From positions 1 to 63,832 of the forward strand of contig JAUWBM010000002.1 in NCBI GenBank assembly GCA_030601705.1: a DNA stretch of 63,832 nucleotides. The letters run 5' to 3'. The notes beneath the pieces were generated by a model. It was not told where the DNA came from. It did not search any database and saw nothing but the letters and a program-made list of their open reading frames with translations. Shown piece after piece: positions 7,783-17,697 of the stretch. This DNA is from Thermoplasmatota archaeon (lineage in GTDB: Archaea; Thermoplasmatota; E2; DHVEG-1). A program made the translations under genes and the position numbers. Numbering within the stretch: position 1 is the first letter of the stretch; each line of letters opens with the position of its first letter.

Positions 7783-8808
7783 TCAATAGTTCAATCCTAG
7801 TTTGGGAACTTCAACACCGCTTCCTTCCTCAATCCTCCCAACAACTTTGATCTCAACAGAAGCATATTTGTTGAGAATCTTGAAGGTATTATCAACGTCT
7901 TTCTCCGACACAATCACAGCAAATCCCATTCCCATGTTAAACGTTTGATACATTTCTTTGTCGTCTATGTTGCCCTGTTTTTGAAGGAAAGTAAAGATAG
8001 GCTGCGGTTCAAAAGGATCTTCGATAACAAACTTTATGTTTTTGTTTAATCTTGGAAGATTCCGCAATCCTCCACCGGTTATATGTGCCAAACCATGAAC
8101 TTCTACTTCTTTCAGCAATTTCACTATTTCCTTTACATATATCCTCGTTGGTGTAAGTAAAACTTCACCAATTGTTTTATCTGGATAAAATCCATCAGGA
8201 AATTTATCTTTATAGGATAGGTTAGAAAATTCTATAACTTTTCTTGCAAGTGTATATCCATTAGAGTGGATGCCGCTACTCTCTAGTCCGATAATAATGT
8301 CGCCAGGAGCTATCTTTTCACCAGTAACAATATCACTCTTTTTTACATAAGCAAGACAGGTTCCTGCAAGATCAAAACCGTTAATAATTTCAGGAAGTGA
8401 TGCTGTCTCTCCACCAATAATTGAAATATTAGATAATTCTGCGCCCTTTTCCAGACCTTTTCCAAGTTCTTTTGTTATTTCTGGTTTTGGGTCATCTATT
8501 GCTAAATAATCGACAAAAGCCAGAGGCTCTGCTCCTACGCAGATAGCGTCATTGACGTTCATAGCTATACAATCGATACCTACCGTGTCCCATTTCTTTA
8601 GTTCAGATGCAATTTCAACTTTGCTACCAACGCCATCAGTACATAACACAAGCGCATAATCGCCAAATTCTACCATTCCTGCATAGTGCCCACCAAGAGG
8701 TTTACCAATTCCTTTCCTTTGCGATTTGATACTTGAAAGCATTCCTTTTATTGCTTGTTCCTCCTTTTCAATGTCAACTCCACTTTCTCGATATGTCATT
8801 TTCTTCAA
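7783..8808 (-). CDS. purM: phosphoribosylformylglycinamidine cyclo-ligase (AIR synthetase)
   Basis: MTYRESGVDIEKEE..., LCTDGVGSKVEIA, and the PurM N and C domains. Confidence 0.93.
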   Translation of the reverse strand: MKKMTYRESGVDIEKEEQAIKGMLSSIKSQRKGIGKPLGGHYAGMVEFGDYALVLCTDGVGSKVEIASELKKWDTVGIDCIAMNVNDAICVGAEPLAFVDYLAIDDPKPEITKELGKGLEKGAELSNISIIGGETASLPEIINGFDLAGTCLAYVKKSDIVTGEKIAPGDIIIGLESSGIHSNGYTLARKVIEFSNLSYKDKFPDGFYPDKTIGEVLLTPTRIYVKEIVKLLKEVEVHGLAHITGGGLRNLPRLNKNIKFVIEDPFEPQPIFTFLQKQGNIDDKEMYQTFNMGMGFAVIVSEKDVDNTFKILNKYASVEIKVVGRIEEGSGVEVPKLGLNY

Positions 8809-8887
8809 TGTATCGCCTCGTTATTAATTCGCGAAAACACTATTGTTGTGATAAACTTTTTGAATGAAGATGTTCTTGTAGTTTACT

Positions 8888-9874
8888 GTGAAAAAACTTT
8901 CAGAGTTAGGAGAAAGAGAGGCCATACGTCTTATTTCAGACATTTTGTCTAAGGGAGATGTTGCAGTTGGTATCGGTGACGATTGTGCTGCTTTCGAGTT
9001 TGGAGAGGAATATTTATTAGTTACTACAGATATGATCTCACAAAAAACTCATATACCTAAAGAGATGACGCCATTTCAATTAGGATGGTTTATTGTTGCA
9101 ATTAATCTTAGCGATATAGCCGCAAAAGGAGGGGGACCCCTGGGGCTGGTTTTATCTTTTGGATTGCCGAAAGAAACATCGGAGACTTTTCTAAAAGAAT
9201 TGACGAAAGGAGCAAATACATGCGCAACAAAGTTTGATACAAGTATTGTTGGCGGCGATATGAAAGAATCGGATGACATTACTATCTGTGGAACAGCCAT
9301 TGGTGTTGTTAAAAAAGAAGAATTTATGCCGCGGATAGGAACTAATCCAGGAGATGTTATTGCTGTAACTGGCACATTGGGGAAAGCAGGTGCGGGACTT
9401 TATAATTTGAAAAATAAAATTCTAGACAATGACATATCTAAAGCTTTGTTAGAACCTACACCAAAATTAAAAGAGGGAAAAACACTCGCAAGACAAAAAT
9501 GTGTAACATCTTGTATGGATATATCTGACGGTTTATCTTCCTCCCTGTATCAACTTCAAGAATTAAATAACGTGGGTTTTGAAATAGATCTTACTAGTAT
9601 ACCGATATCTTCAGAATTGATTCAACTTCACAGGGAGCAGAGTGGTTTGGATATTTACAACATAGCATTGCATTTTGGTGGAGACTATGAACTTTTAGTA
9701 ACTATTCCAGCACATAAGTTTGAAAAAGCAAAAGGGACGCTGAAGAAGAATGGTACAGATCTTATGGCTATCGGTAAGGTTACAAAAAAAAAAGAAATCA
9801 TTATTAATGATGGTAAAGTCAAAAAAATACTTGAAAATAAGGGCTATGAACATTTTACGAGCCGTGCCTTTTGA
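8888..9874 (+). CDS. thiL: thiamine-monophosphate kinase
   Basis: GTG start. GIGDDCAAF, LLVTTDM, NLSDIAAKGG. AIR-synthase-related fold. Divergent from purM. Confidence 0.85.
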   Translation: MKKLSELGEREAIRLISDILSKGDVAVGIGDDCAAFEFGEEYLLVTTDMISQKTHIPKEMTPFQLGWFIVAINLSDIAAKGGGPLGLVLSFGLPKETSETFLKELTKGANTCATKFDTSIVGGDMKESDDITICGTAIGVVKKEEFMPRIGTNPGDVIAVTGTLGKAGAGLYNLKNKILDNDISKALLEPTPKLKEGKTLARQKCVTSCMDISDGLSSSLYQLQELNNVGFEIDLTSIPISSELIQLHREQSGLDIYNIALHFGGDYELLVTIPAHKFEKAKGTLKKNGTDLMAIGKVTKKKEIIINDGKVKKILENKGYEHFTSRAF

Positions 9875-9977
9875 AGTTTTTTAAGATCTATGTATAAATT
9901 TGGAATTTAGAAAATATGGGTAATAGTTGTTAAACAAACGTTTTAAAGGGTTAGAATCAACATATTATAAGAGCATA

Positions 9978-11282
9978 ATGGATAAAAAGCTGATTGCTGC
10001 ATTCATAGTAGTTTCATTACTCGTTACTCTATTCTCTGGATGTTTAGGCGAAGATGCAGAGGAGCCTAACGATAAACCCATCATCGCAATTAGCTATCCA
10101 ACTAATAGCATGAAAGTCTCAAGTCTCGTTATGATAAGCGGTACTTCTAATGATCCGGATGGAGATGGCGATTTAATCCGGGTGGAAGTAAAAATTGATG
10201 ACGGGGTATGGGAAACAGCAGATGGAACTACAAAATGGAGTTATGACTGGAGTACATATGAATATGAAGATGGGAGTTGCACTATTAATGCAAGATCCTG
10301 GGATGGAAAAGTATACTCTGACGTACAAACAATAACTGTAGAGATTAGCAATCCTGAAACCGTTGAATCTGATTCTCATAAATGGGCTATTTTTATTGCC
10401 TCTGCTAATTTTCCAATGGAAAATGAAAGCAAGCTTGGAAACGGTGGATTATATCTTGCTGAAGAGATGGCAGCATATCTGATTGAGAATTGTAACTACG
10501 CCACATCAAACATTATTATTTTATTTGATGATGGATGGATTAGAAAAGACAACGGCTATGGCAAAAAGCTAAAGACGTTGCAGGAACGCAATCATGATTA
10601 TGATATTACCTACGGCGGCGCTACTAAAAACAATGTTGTAAACTCTTTTGATCACTTAATAAACGAATCCAATAAATATAGAGACAGCGAGGTGTTCATA
10701 TGGATTTTCAACCATGGTTATGGCGATTTGAATAATTCGCTTACTGGTGGAAAACTTTTTGAAAGAAGTCAGATTTTTCTCTGGGATGATATGATCGACG
10801 ATAAGGAACTAGGAAATATCTTAGGTTCTTTAAAATCAACAAAAGTTTCTATAATTGTTGATGCATGTTTTTGCGGTGGTTTTGCAGATAAAACTATCGT
10901 TAACCTGCCTACTTCTTTAATACTTAGATCTGGTATCCCCCGTTCTGGAAGAATAGTCATTTCAGGAGCAAGTAAATTTAGAAAAGGATTTGCAAGTACG
11001 ACACAAGGTCCGTTGTTTTCTTTACTTTGGTTTGAGGGATTGAAAACAGGTAAAGCAGACGGATTCAAACCAGGTTTATTGAAAATGGGTAGATCAACAT
11101 ATCTCAAGATTTTCAAAGATGGAAAAGTCTCTGTTGAAGAAGCATTCTACTATGCTCGCTATATGCTCCAGACCGATGAAAATTTCAAGGAATACAAATC
11201 TATGCAACCCCAGATTACTGACAGATATCCCCTTCGTGGTCGCCTCTTAAGTCACAGGGAAATGTTTCTTGGAGAAGATTAA
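9978..11282 (+). CDS. exported lipoprotein: Ig-like domain plus clan CD cysteine peptidase (C13 legumain-like)
   Basis: Start moved to MDKK (the ORF track starts at TTG 9927). Lipobox-like LFSGC. His-Gly FNHGYG and Ala-Cys VDACFCGG each follow a hydrophobic strand. Confidence 0.6.
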   Translation: MDKKLIAAFIVVSLLVTLFSGCLGEDAEEPNDKPIIAISYPTNSMKVSSLVMISGTSNDPDGDGDLIRVEVKIDDGVWETADGTTKWSYDWSTYEYEDGSCTINARSWDGKVYSDVQTITVEISNPETVESDSHKWAIFIASANFPMENESKLGNGGLYLAEEMAAYLIENCNYATSNIIILFDDGWIRKDNGYGKKLKTLQERNHDYDITYGGATKNNVVNSFDHLINESNKYRDSEVFIWIFNHGYGDLNNSLTGGKLFERSQIFLWDDMIDDKELGNILGSLKSTKVSIIVDACFCGGFADKTIVNLPTSLILRSGIPRSGRIVISGASKFRKGFASTTQGPLFSLLWFEGLKTGKADGFKPGLLKMGRSTYLKIFKDGKVSVEEAFYYARYMLQTDENFKEYKSMQPQITDRYPLRGRLLSHREMFLGED

Positions 11283-11309
11283 TAAGTACGAATTCTATGA
11301 AAAGTTGGA

Positions 11310-12320
11310 ATGAAGAAAGAGGCTAGATTTTGGGAGTCTAACGGTAATAATAAGGTCCAATGTTTTCTCTGTCCACATAATTGCAAAATAAATATAGACG
11401 AAAGAGGTGTTTGCGGAGTACGCAAGAATGAGGGCGGTAAACTATACTCCCTGATTTATAGTTCTTGTTCCTCAGTGGCAGAAGATCCTATCGAAAAAAA
11501 ACCTTTATATCATTTTTATCCAGGCTCAACTGCTCTTTCATTAGGTTCAGTAGGTTGTAATTTCAGATGCGATCATTGCCAAAACTATGGAATTTCTAGA
11601 GCTCTTCCAGAGGACAAATTTTTGAATGAGATTCCCCCCCAGACCGCAGTAGACTTAGCTAAAAAGCATGGTTGCAGGGGTATTGCTTGGACATATAATG
11701 AGCCCACAATTTGGCATGAATACACCTTTGATTCTGCAAAACTGGCAAAGGAAGCAGACCTCTACACCGTGTATGTAACTAATGGATATATCAATGAAGA
11801 ACCGCTCAAGGAGATATCTCCCTATTTGGATGCTATGAATATTGATGTTAAGGCATTCCATGAAGATTTTTATAAAAAAATATGTAAAGCTCGTTTAGAA
11901 CCGGTCTTAAATACATGTGAAATTGCAAAAAACTTAGGAATTCATATCGAGGTGACCTATCTTGTTATATCGGGAGTTAATGATTCTTTAGATGAAATAA
12001 GAAAATTTTGTGGATGGGCTATTGAAAAATTAGGGGCAGATACCCCGGTTCATTTTTCACGTTTTCATCCAGATCATAAGATGACAGACGTGCCAGCAAC
12101 TCCAATTGATACTTTATTGAAAATCTATGATATTTCAAAAGATGTTGGGATTCTATTTCCTTATATTGGCAACGTCCCTCATGGAAAATATGAAAATACC
12201 ATCTGTCCTGCCTGTGGTAACAGAATTGTTGAGCGCCATGGTTTTACAGCAAATATGATTGGCTTAAAGAACGGCAGATGTAAGCAATGCGGTACAAGCA
12301 TTCCTATTGTTATTGACTGA
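11310..12320 (+). CDS. AmmeMemoRadiSam-system-type radical SAM enzyme (AmrS / PflA-like)
   Basis: CFLCPHNC...GVCGVR N-terminal cluster, CNFRCDHCQN (CxxxCxxC), C-terminal CPACG...CKQCG. Confidence 0.8.
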   Translation: MKKEARFWESNGNNKVQCFLCPHNCKINIDERGVCGVRKNEGGKLYSLIYSSCSSVAEDPIEKKPLYHFYPGSTALSLGSVGCNFRCDHCQNYGISRALPEDKFLNEIPPQTAVDLAKKHGCRGIAWTYNEPTIWHEYTFDSAKLAKEADLYTVYVTNGYINEEPLKEISPYLDAMNIDVKAFHEDFYKKICKARLEPVLNTCEIAKNLGIHIEVTYLVISGVNDSLDEIRKFCGWAIEKLGADTPVHFSRFHPDHKMTDVPATPIDTLLKIYDISKDVGILFPYIGNVPHGKYENTICPACGNRIVERHGFTANMIGLKNGRCKQCGTSIPIVID

Positions 12321-12463
12321 TATAAAAATGATTATTTTTACTAATTAAAAGTTTATAAATATATAAAATAAAGGAAAAATTTAATAAAGGCAAAAACATA
12401 CTTATAAATATAGAAAGATAAAAATCATTTAATTCATATCGCACGGTAATAAAAGGTAGACAT

Positions 12464-13234
12464 ATGATAAACCTAAAAAAGAATGACAAATTAATAATAA
12501 TTGTTGCAGTTGCAGTAATAATTATTGCTGCAATTGGAATTGCAGCATACAACTCCCCAGAAACAAAAATCAATGGATTCCTGGAGACCGGTGAAAATAT
12601 GTACACAGTTACCTGGGAAGAAAAAACAAACTCCTTATCTCCTATTTCAGATTTTGCTGGGAAAAATGCGCCATATGAAAATACTATTTCTATAAATCAT
12701 GGAAATTTAAAAGAGATAACATTCAATCTCAGTTGGGTTGACAATAAAGCAACGCTGCTTGGCAGATTTGGACTGGACAAATTAACATTAGAAGTAACAA
12801 CACCTGATGGAACTATATATAAAGAATCTGATAAGAGTGCTAGCAAAACCAAAGAAGGAAATGTTGCAATATCTGTTCAAGTCAACTATGATGTGCCATC
12901 TACTGACTCGATAGAAGCAGAAGATTACGATGAAGCTGAAGAAAAGCTCAACGAAGATCCTTATTTCAATGACAAATGGGTAAATGAAGACTTTACAATA
13001 AAAGTATCTGTACAAATCGGAGAAATTAGAATATTGAAAAAACTCGCAGACAAAGGGAACAATTTCGACCTAGAAATAACCTATGAGTATTACTACGGTT
13101 CTTTAATGGAAGAAGAGACAGAAGGAACCGGGTCAGACGGGGGCGACGACTCTTTTGATAATTTAAAAGAGGAAGAATATGTACCGCCTTTCTTATCTAT
13201 GATAATTGGAACTGGGTGTGGCAAATACATTTAA
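12464..13234 (+). CDS. N-terminally anchored acidic protein (hypothetical)
   Basis: One TM helix (IIIVAVAVIIIAAIGIAA), then a beta-rich ectodomain and a D/E-rich tail. Confidence 0.5.
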   Translation: MINLKKNDKLIIIVAVAVIIIAAIGIAAYNSPETKINGFLETGENMYTVTWEEKTNSLSPISDFAGKNAPYENTISINHGNLKEITFNLSWVDNKATLLGRFGLDKLTLEVTTPDGTIYKESDKSASKTKEGNVAISVQVNYDVPSTDSIEAEDYDEAEEKLNEDPYFNDKWVNEDFTIKVSVQIGEIRILKKLADKGNNFDLEITYEYYYGSLMEEETEGTGSDGGDDSFDNLKEEEYVPPFLSMIIGTGCGKYI

Positions 13235-13235
13235 A

Positions 13236-14288
13236 TTAAAGTTTAAAACGGAGAATAGCAGCGACACCGCCTATCCCCTCGAATTTTTTCCCTGCTTCAT
13301 GCATTGTATTTATTATGGTAAATTTACTGTTTGTTTTTCTTGCTAGTTTTAAGAGTTTTTCTCCGTTTTCACTCCTAATTAAAATATCAGAGATAAGAAG
13401 TCTTTCTACCGCTCCTTTACTTAAAGCATCTTTAACTTCATTCTCACCATAGGATGCTAATCCATCTTTTTTAATTTCTTCAAAAAGTTTTTCGATGAAC
13501 TGCGTCTCAAGTGACACTCGATTATTCTTAGTTATTTGCTCCACAATACCAATCTTTAATGCCTCATGTATACCATTCATGCCTGATTGTCCTGTTCCAT
13601 GGCTTATACAATTCTCAAATAGTTCAGGCTCCCTCATTTTGCCGTATTTTATAAAATGCTCTCGGGCAAAGCCAGATCCAATAATAATTAGAGGAGATTC
13701 CTTTTTCTTATATGTCTTTAAAACAGATAGTACTTCGCCATAATACTCGTGTTCATTTTCTTTACTTTCATACATTTTTCCAGATCTTTTAGAATCTATA
13801 TCAGTGATAAATTGTATACCACTTTGGCGGAGAATGGCTATAGTAGCTTTATCCTCATCCAAAGACACAAAAATCAGAATAGATTGCAATCGTTGCTTTA
13901 CCGCCTCGTCAATTCTTTCTAATTGATGATATTTCCATTCACTTTTAACTAGAGACATTTTATTCATTTTTTCTGCATCAATATTTAGCGTATGATACGA
14001 GCCAAGATCCTGAGGCCCTTCCTCTATTGTTCCATGTACTCTCAGTCTATCTGAAAATTCATGAAAACTTATTTTTTCAACCCTTATACCCAGCTTCATT
14101 CGTTTTTTTTCAGCTTTTTTTGACCGTATCTTATCATCTTTTTGCTCATCGGTTCTAAAGGTAACAGCGCGTATTAGATCTCCTTCCTCTATTATATTAT
14201 ATAAATGCCAAATATCATCAAGATTTTCGGGAACAAGTTTTATTTCACCTTTCTTGAAATCTTTAAAGAGTACCTTCACATCCGCCAC
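13236..14288 (-). CDS. pelA: mRNA surveillance protein Pelota (aDom34)
   Basis: 350 aa with an N-terminal Sm-like region (EIKLVPENLDDIWHLYNII) and an eRF1-like central/C-terminal part. GTG start immediately after the NFACT stop. Confidence 0.9.
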   Translation of the reverse strand: MADVKVLFKDFKKGEIKLVPENLDDIWHLYNIIEEGDLIRAVTFRTDEQKDDKIRSKKAEKKRMKLGIRVEKISFHEFSDRLRVHGTIEEGPQDLGSYHTLNIDAEKMNKMSLVKSEWKYHQLERIDEAVKQRLQSILIFVSLDEDKATIAILRQSGIQFITDIDSKRSGKMYESKENEHEYYGEVLSVLKTYKKKESPLIIIGSGFAREHFIKYGKMREPELFENCISHGTGQSGMNGIHEALKIGIVEQITKNNRVSLETQFIEKLFEEIKKDGLASYGENEVKDALSKGAVERLLISDILIRSENGEKLLKLARKTNSKFTIINTMHEAGKKFEGIGGVAAILRFKL

Positions 14289-16244
14289 CTATTTGAATTC
14301 AAATCCTATAGTTTTGACAATATTTATGTCTCCTGGTGGGAGAACACGCTCAATAGCCGGTATAGAAGCATTAAACACCCCCGATAGTTTACTGGCGATA
14401 ACACTTTTTTTGGTAGCCCCAGATTTCAAAATCACATATTTATCTGATCTTGCTTTCACTGATTCTAGCGGACCTCCCATTACCTTATTTGTATCATTAA
14501 TTTCTATTTCTCCCACTGCAACTTCTATTTTGCATTTATAGTAATTTCTTTTTCCACGGATAACAAACGCACCCTTTGGCAGAAATTCTCCACTTTGGGG
14601 AGTTTTGCTTACCTGTTCAGGTAAAACCCAATATGCTTGTGCTTCGCCAAATTGTTTCCAAGCTTTTGAATAAGAAGCGGCAAATATGCAGGCTTCCTCG
14701 AGTGTTTTTTCTGATATCAGGAGTTTATTATCATTTGTGTCCATACTTTTAACTATACAACTCGGAGCACCATGAATGTCAGCATGTGCATATCTATCTC
14801 CTTCTTTGAGATATTTTTTTACTACCTGCTCATTGCTTTTTGCATCTTTACCTGCTATAACGATGTTTCCTTCTGTTGATATAAACCATCTAAATCGCTC
14901 GAACCAAAATTGTTTTTCACTTTTGACTTCTTTTTCTTTTTTAGTGATATCTTCTCCTACTGTTTTTATTTCATTTTTTGTATTCTTTAACGCCTCTTGT
15001 GCACCCTTTAATTTTTCTTGAAACTTTTTTGAAGCATGATATGCATCTTCAGCATTTTTAGGAACAGTTTTACGAAAATCTAGCTTCACTTCTCTTGTTT
15101 TTCCTTTGCCATCTTGCAGCAACACAATAAGTTCATTTGAGGTAGGATCGAAATTTTTTACAATGTTTTTCTTGCTTATCTGTCTAATTTTTTCTTCCTT
15201 CTCTTTTTGTTGTAGCAGGAGAGTTATATCACGTAACAGTTCTTGGCATGATTGAAAGTTTAAATAGATAATGTCTCCTTCGATCTTTTTTTGTACGATT
15301 TTCTTTTTGAAATCCTCGATAGTCTCTTTCTGTTGTAATAACTGCCTTTGCAATTTCTCGATTTTCTTCTGATGCTTACTTTTTTCTTGTTTTTTTCGTT
15401 TTCTTGCATCAACAAATTCCTGAAGTCCCCTGCTGAAACTATCAGTTTTAACAAATTCGCTTTCTGCATAGCTTTGAAATGGTATCGGTAAAATATCTAC
15501 TATTTTCTCATCTTTTTTCACATATATTGGCTGGAATGCTTTTTCTTTAAAAATATCTAAAAATTTTTGTAGGATAACATAAATTTTTTTGATGAACTCG
15601 TCACTTAATTCTTGTATCTTTGTGTTTTTATCAATATCGACTCTAAAACACAGTTCCTCGGCATAAGCACCGCCTAAATTGACACTTACAGCCAAGGTTC
15701 TTACTAGATCTTTTTTACTGTTTTTCAACAAATCTATAAATTCTTCCTGATCTAGAGTAAAAGGGCTAATCTGAGATGGAGGTGAAACATAAATTTCATG
15801 GGATTTTAATGTTCGATGTGCCCAATGCTGTTTAATCAGTGGCAATATTATTTTTTTATCAGGGTCCAATAATATGATATTCCCATTGGCAAAAAGTTCG
15901 AAAATGATGGTGTACTCTCCATCTTTCTTTGCAATCTTAATCTTTATTATCCTATCAAATTCGTGTTGGGTTATTTCGCTAATTCTTCCATTCAATAAAT
16001 ATTTACGCAGAGTCATTGCAAATGTTGAGGGGTTTTTTGGAACGTCAAATTTTTTTTGTGTTCTAAATAATAGCTCGCCGTTTCTAACAAAAATGATTTC
16101 TTTTTGACTTGTCTTTCTATTGTTTATTTTAATAAGTAACTCGTCACGAGTAAGTTGATATATTTTATCTATGTAACTTCCCTTGAGATCTTGCAGTTCT
16201 GAAACAATTACATAGATGTCAAATGATGATAATTCTCGTTTCAT
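14289..16244 (-). CDS. NFACT-family protein (FbpA/RqcH/NEMF homolog)
   Basis: NFACT-N (MKRELSSFDIYVIVSELQDLKGSYIDKIYQ), a long K/E coiled coil, and NFACT-R/DUF814 (NIVIAGKDAKSNEQVVKKYL...YAHADIHGAPSCIVK). Confidence 0.88.
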   Translation of the reverse strand: MKRELSSFDIYVIVSELQDLKGSYIDKIYQLTRDELLIKINNRKTSQKEIIFVRNGELLFRTQKKFDVPKNPSTFAMTLRKYLLNGRISEITQHEFDRIIKIKIAKKDGEYTIIFELFANGNIILLDPDKKIILPLIKQHWAHRTLKSHEIYVSPPSQISPFTLDQEEFIDLLKNSKKDLVRTLAVSVNLGGAYAEELCFRVDIDKNTKIQELSDEFIKKIYVILQKFLDIFKEKAFQPIYVKKDEKIVDILPIPFQSYAESEFVKTDSFSRGLQEFVDARKRKKQEKSKHQKKIEKLQRQLLQQKETIEDFKKKIVQKKIEGDIIYLNFQSCQELLRDITLLLQQKEKEEKIRQISKKNIVKNFDPTSNELIVLLQDGKGKTREVKLDFRKTVPKNAEDAYHASKKFQEKLKGAQEALKNTKNEIKTVGEDITKKEKEVKSEKQFWFERFRWFISTEGNIVIAGKDAKSNEQVVKKYLKEGDRYAHADIHGAPSCIVKSMDTNDNKLLISEKTLEEACIFAASYSKAWKQFGEAQAYWVLPEQVSKTPQSGEFLPKGAFVIRGKRNYYKCKIEVAVGEIEINDTNKVMGGPLESVKARSDKYVILKSGATKKSVIASKLSGVFNASIPAIERVLPPGDINIVKTIGFEFK

Positions 16245-16334
16245 TGTTCTAAAACATTATATGTTTAACCATTAAAAAGGAATGGGATTATTGCTAACCT
16301 TTAAGTTTTATTATTACAGCATCTAAACTGGTTT

Positions 16335-16650
16335 TTAGATGGGACCGAGGTACCCCTTGTAAAAGGGAAGATGGGATGCATGGGGAGGAAAGAGGTACCT
16401 CATTCTTAGGAGAAAGGGTCGTAAACTAGTGTGTTCTTGAGATGGTGGAATCACAGAGATGGGATTTTTAAATTCTGATGTACGCGGCATATGGGTTATG
16501 ATCCCCCAAGTTTTACTTGCTTAGCATCATTTGCATGTAAATTGCAGAGATTACGCTTAATTGAAGTGATCACTGAACAGGTGATACGCCTCTTCATATT
16601 TTATCCCTTCACCACTTTTCGCCATGCATTTATGCTTGGCAAAACCCACA
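16335..16650 (+). ncRNA. candidate structured ncRNA in GC/purine-rich intergenic island (identity unresolved, RNase P-like motifs)
   Basis: No ORF of 60 aa or more on either strand across 16245-16723. Visibly more G+C than flanks. GNRA hairpin CCCTT-GTAA-AAGGG at 16354-16367. GGGGAGGAAAG at 16382-16392. CACAGAGA at 16452-16459. GCCTCTT at 16588-16594 is complementary to AAGAGGT at 16390-16396. AGATGGGA occurs three times. Confidence 0.35.
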
Positions 16651-16726
16651 TGAATTAATTAATATATAAATTTTTCTGTCTTTGCATGGCATAAGTGATA
16701 ATCAAAAACGAAATGCATAAATAGTG

Positions 16727-17665
16727 ATGTTTTTATCTAATTTTGTGGAAAGTTATCAAAAAGAACTGGCCTCAATCAAAAGTATTCTTAAGGAAAGTCC
16801 CAGAGGCATGACTGTAACGGACATATCAAGAAAAATGAAGATTAATAGAAATTCTGTCGCAAAATATATGGACATTCTCTTGATTTCGGGGCATGTAGAG
16901 ATGGTTACTTTTGGTCCAGCAAAAGTATTTTTCCCATCTAGGAGAATTCCCATATCTACCATGCTAAATTTTACATCAGATTTTATGATATTGTTAGATA
17001 AAGAGCTTAAGGTTGTACAGGTAAATGAAAATTTTCTAAGCCTGATGGATATTGAACGTGAATCTATTCTGGGCAATAGAATCAATGATTCTTCAAAGGC
17101 ATTTTTTAAAAATCCCGAAGTATTAACAAACATAAAAAATGCCCTAGATGGAAAAGAATCGACAATCGAAACAAGTTTTCTAAATGGACCTGATGAACTT
17201 TACTTTAAAATAAAACATATTCCAACAACTTTTGATGATGGAGAACCTGGGGTGATCTTAATTATTGAGGATATCACCAAGCAAAAAAGAACAGAAGGAA
17301 AACTGACACAAGCAGTCAAAGAATGGGAAACTACGTTTAATTCAATAACAGACATGATCTCTATTCATGACAAAGATTTTAATATTGTTAAGGTAAACAA
17401 AGCTTTTGCCGAATTTTTACAAGATAAATCTGAGAAATTCATTGGAAAAAAATGCTATGAAATAATTCATGGTACAAAAAAATCACATTCAAATTGTCCA
17501 TGTCAAAAAATACAATTAATAAAAAAATCCTCTATTGTTGAATTTTTTGAACCACATTTAGGAAAACATCTGGAGGTTTCAGCATATCCAATTATCAATG
17601 AGGAGGGAGAAATTTCTGGCTCTATCCACATTATTAAAGATATAACTGAACGAAAGAATTCATAA
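16727..17665 (+). CDS. winged-helix DNA-binding protein with two PAS domains
   Basis: N-terminal wHTH (MTVTDISRKMKINRNSVAKYMDILLISGHVE). Two PAS-like repeats, the second with CYEIIHG...HSNCPC. Confidence 0.75.
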   Translation: MFLSNFVESYQKELASIKSILKESPRGMTVTDISRKMKINRNSVAKYMDILLISGHVEMVTFGPAKVFFPSRRIPISTMLNFTSDFMILLDKELKVVQVNENFLSLMDIERESILGNRINDSSKAFFKNPEVLTNIKNALDGKESTIETSFLNGPDELYFKIKHIPTTFDDGEPGVILIIEDITKQKRTEGKLTQAVKEWETTFNSITDMISIHDKDFNIVKVNKAFAEFLQDKSEKFIGKKCYEIIHGTKKSHSNCPCQKIQLIKKSSIVEFFEPHLGKHLEVSAYPIINEEGEISGSIHIIKDITERKNS

Positions 17666-17697
17666 AAGGAAAAAGTTTATTTTTAGATAAAAATCTT

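Noticed and set aside
11310-12320. Complete AmmeMemoRadiSam system
   Set aside because: Only the radical SAM component is present. No AMMECR1 or Memo-like gene is in the window.
16245-16723. TPP riboswitch or SRP RNA identity for the GC-rich island
   Set aside because: I found only loose resemblance (CUGAU...GCGGCAU). There is no CUGAGA core and no GGAA-tetraloop or AGCA helix-8 motif, and the downstream gene is unrelated to thiamine. It is kept only as an unassigned ncRNA candidate.
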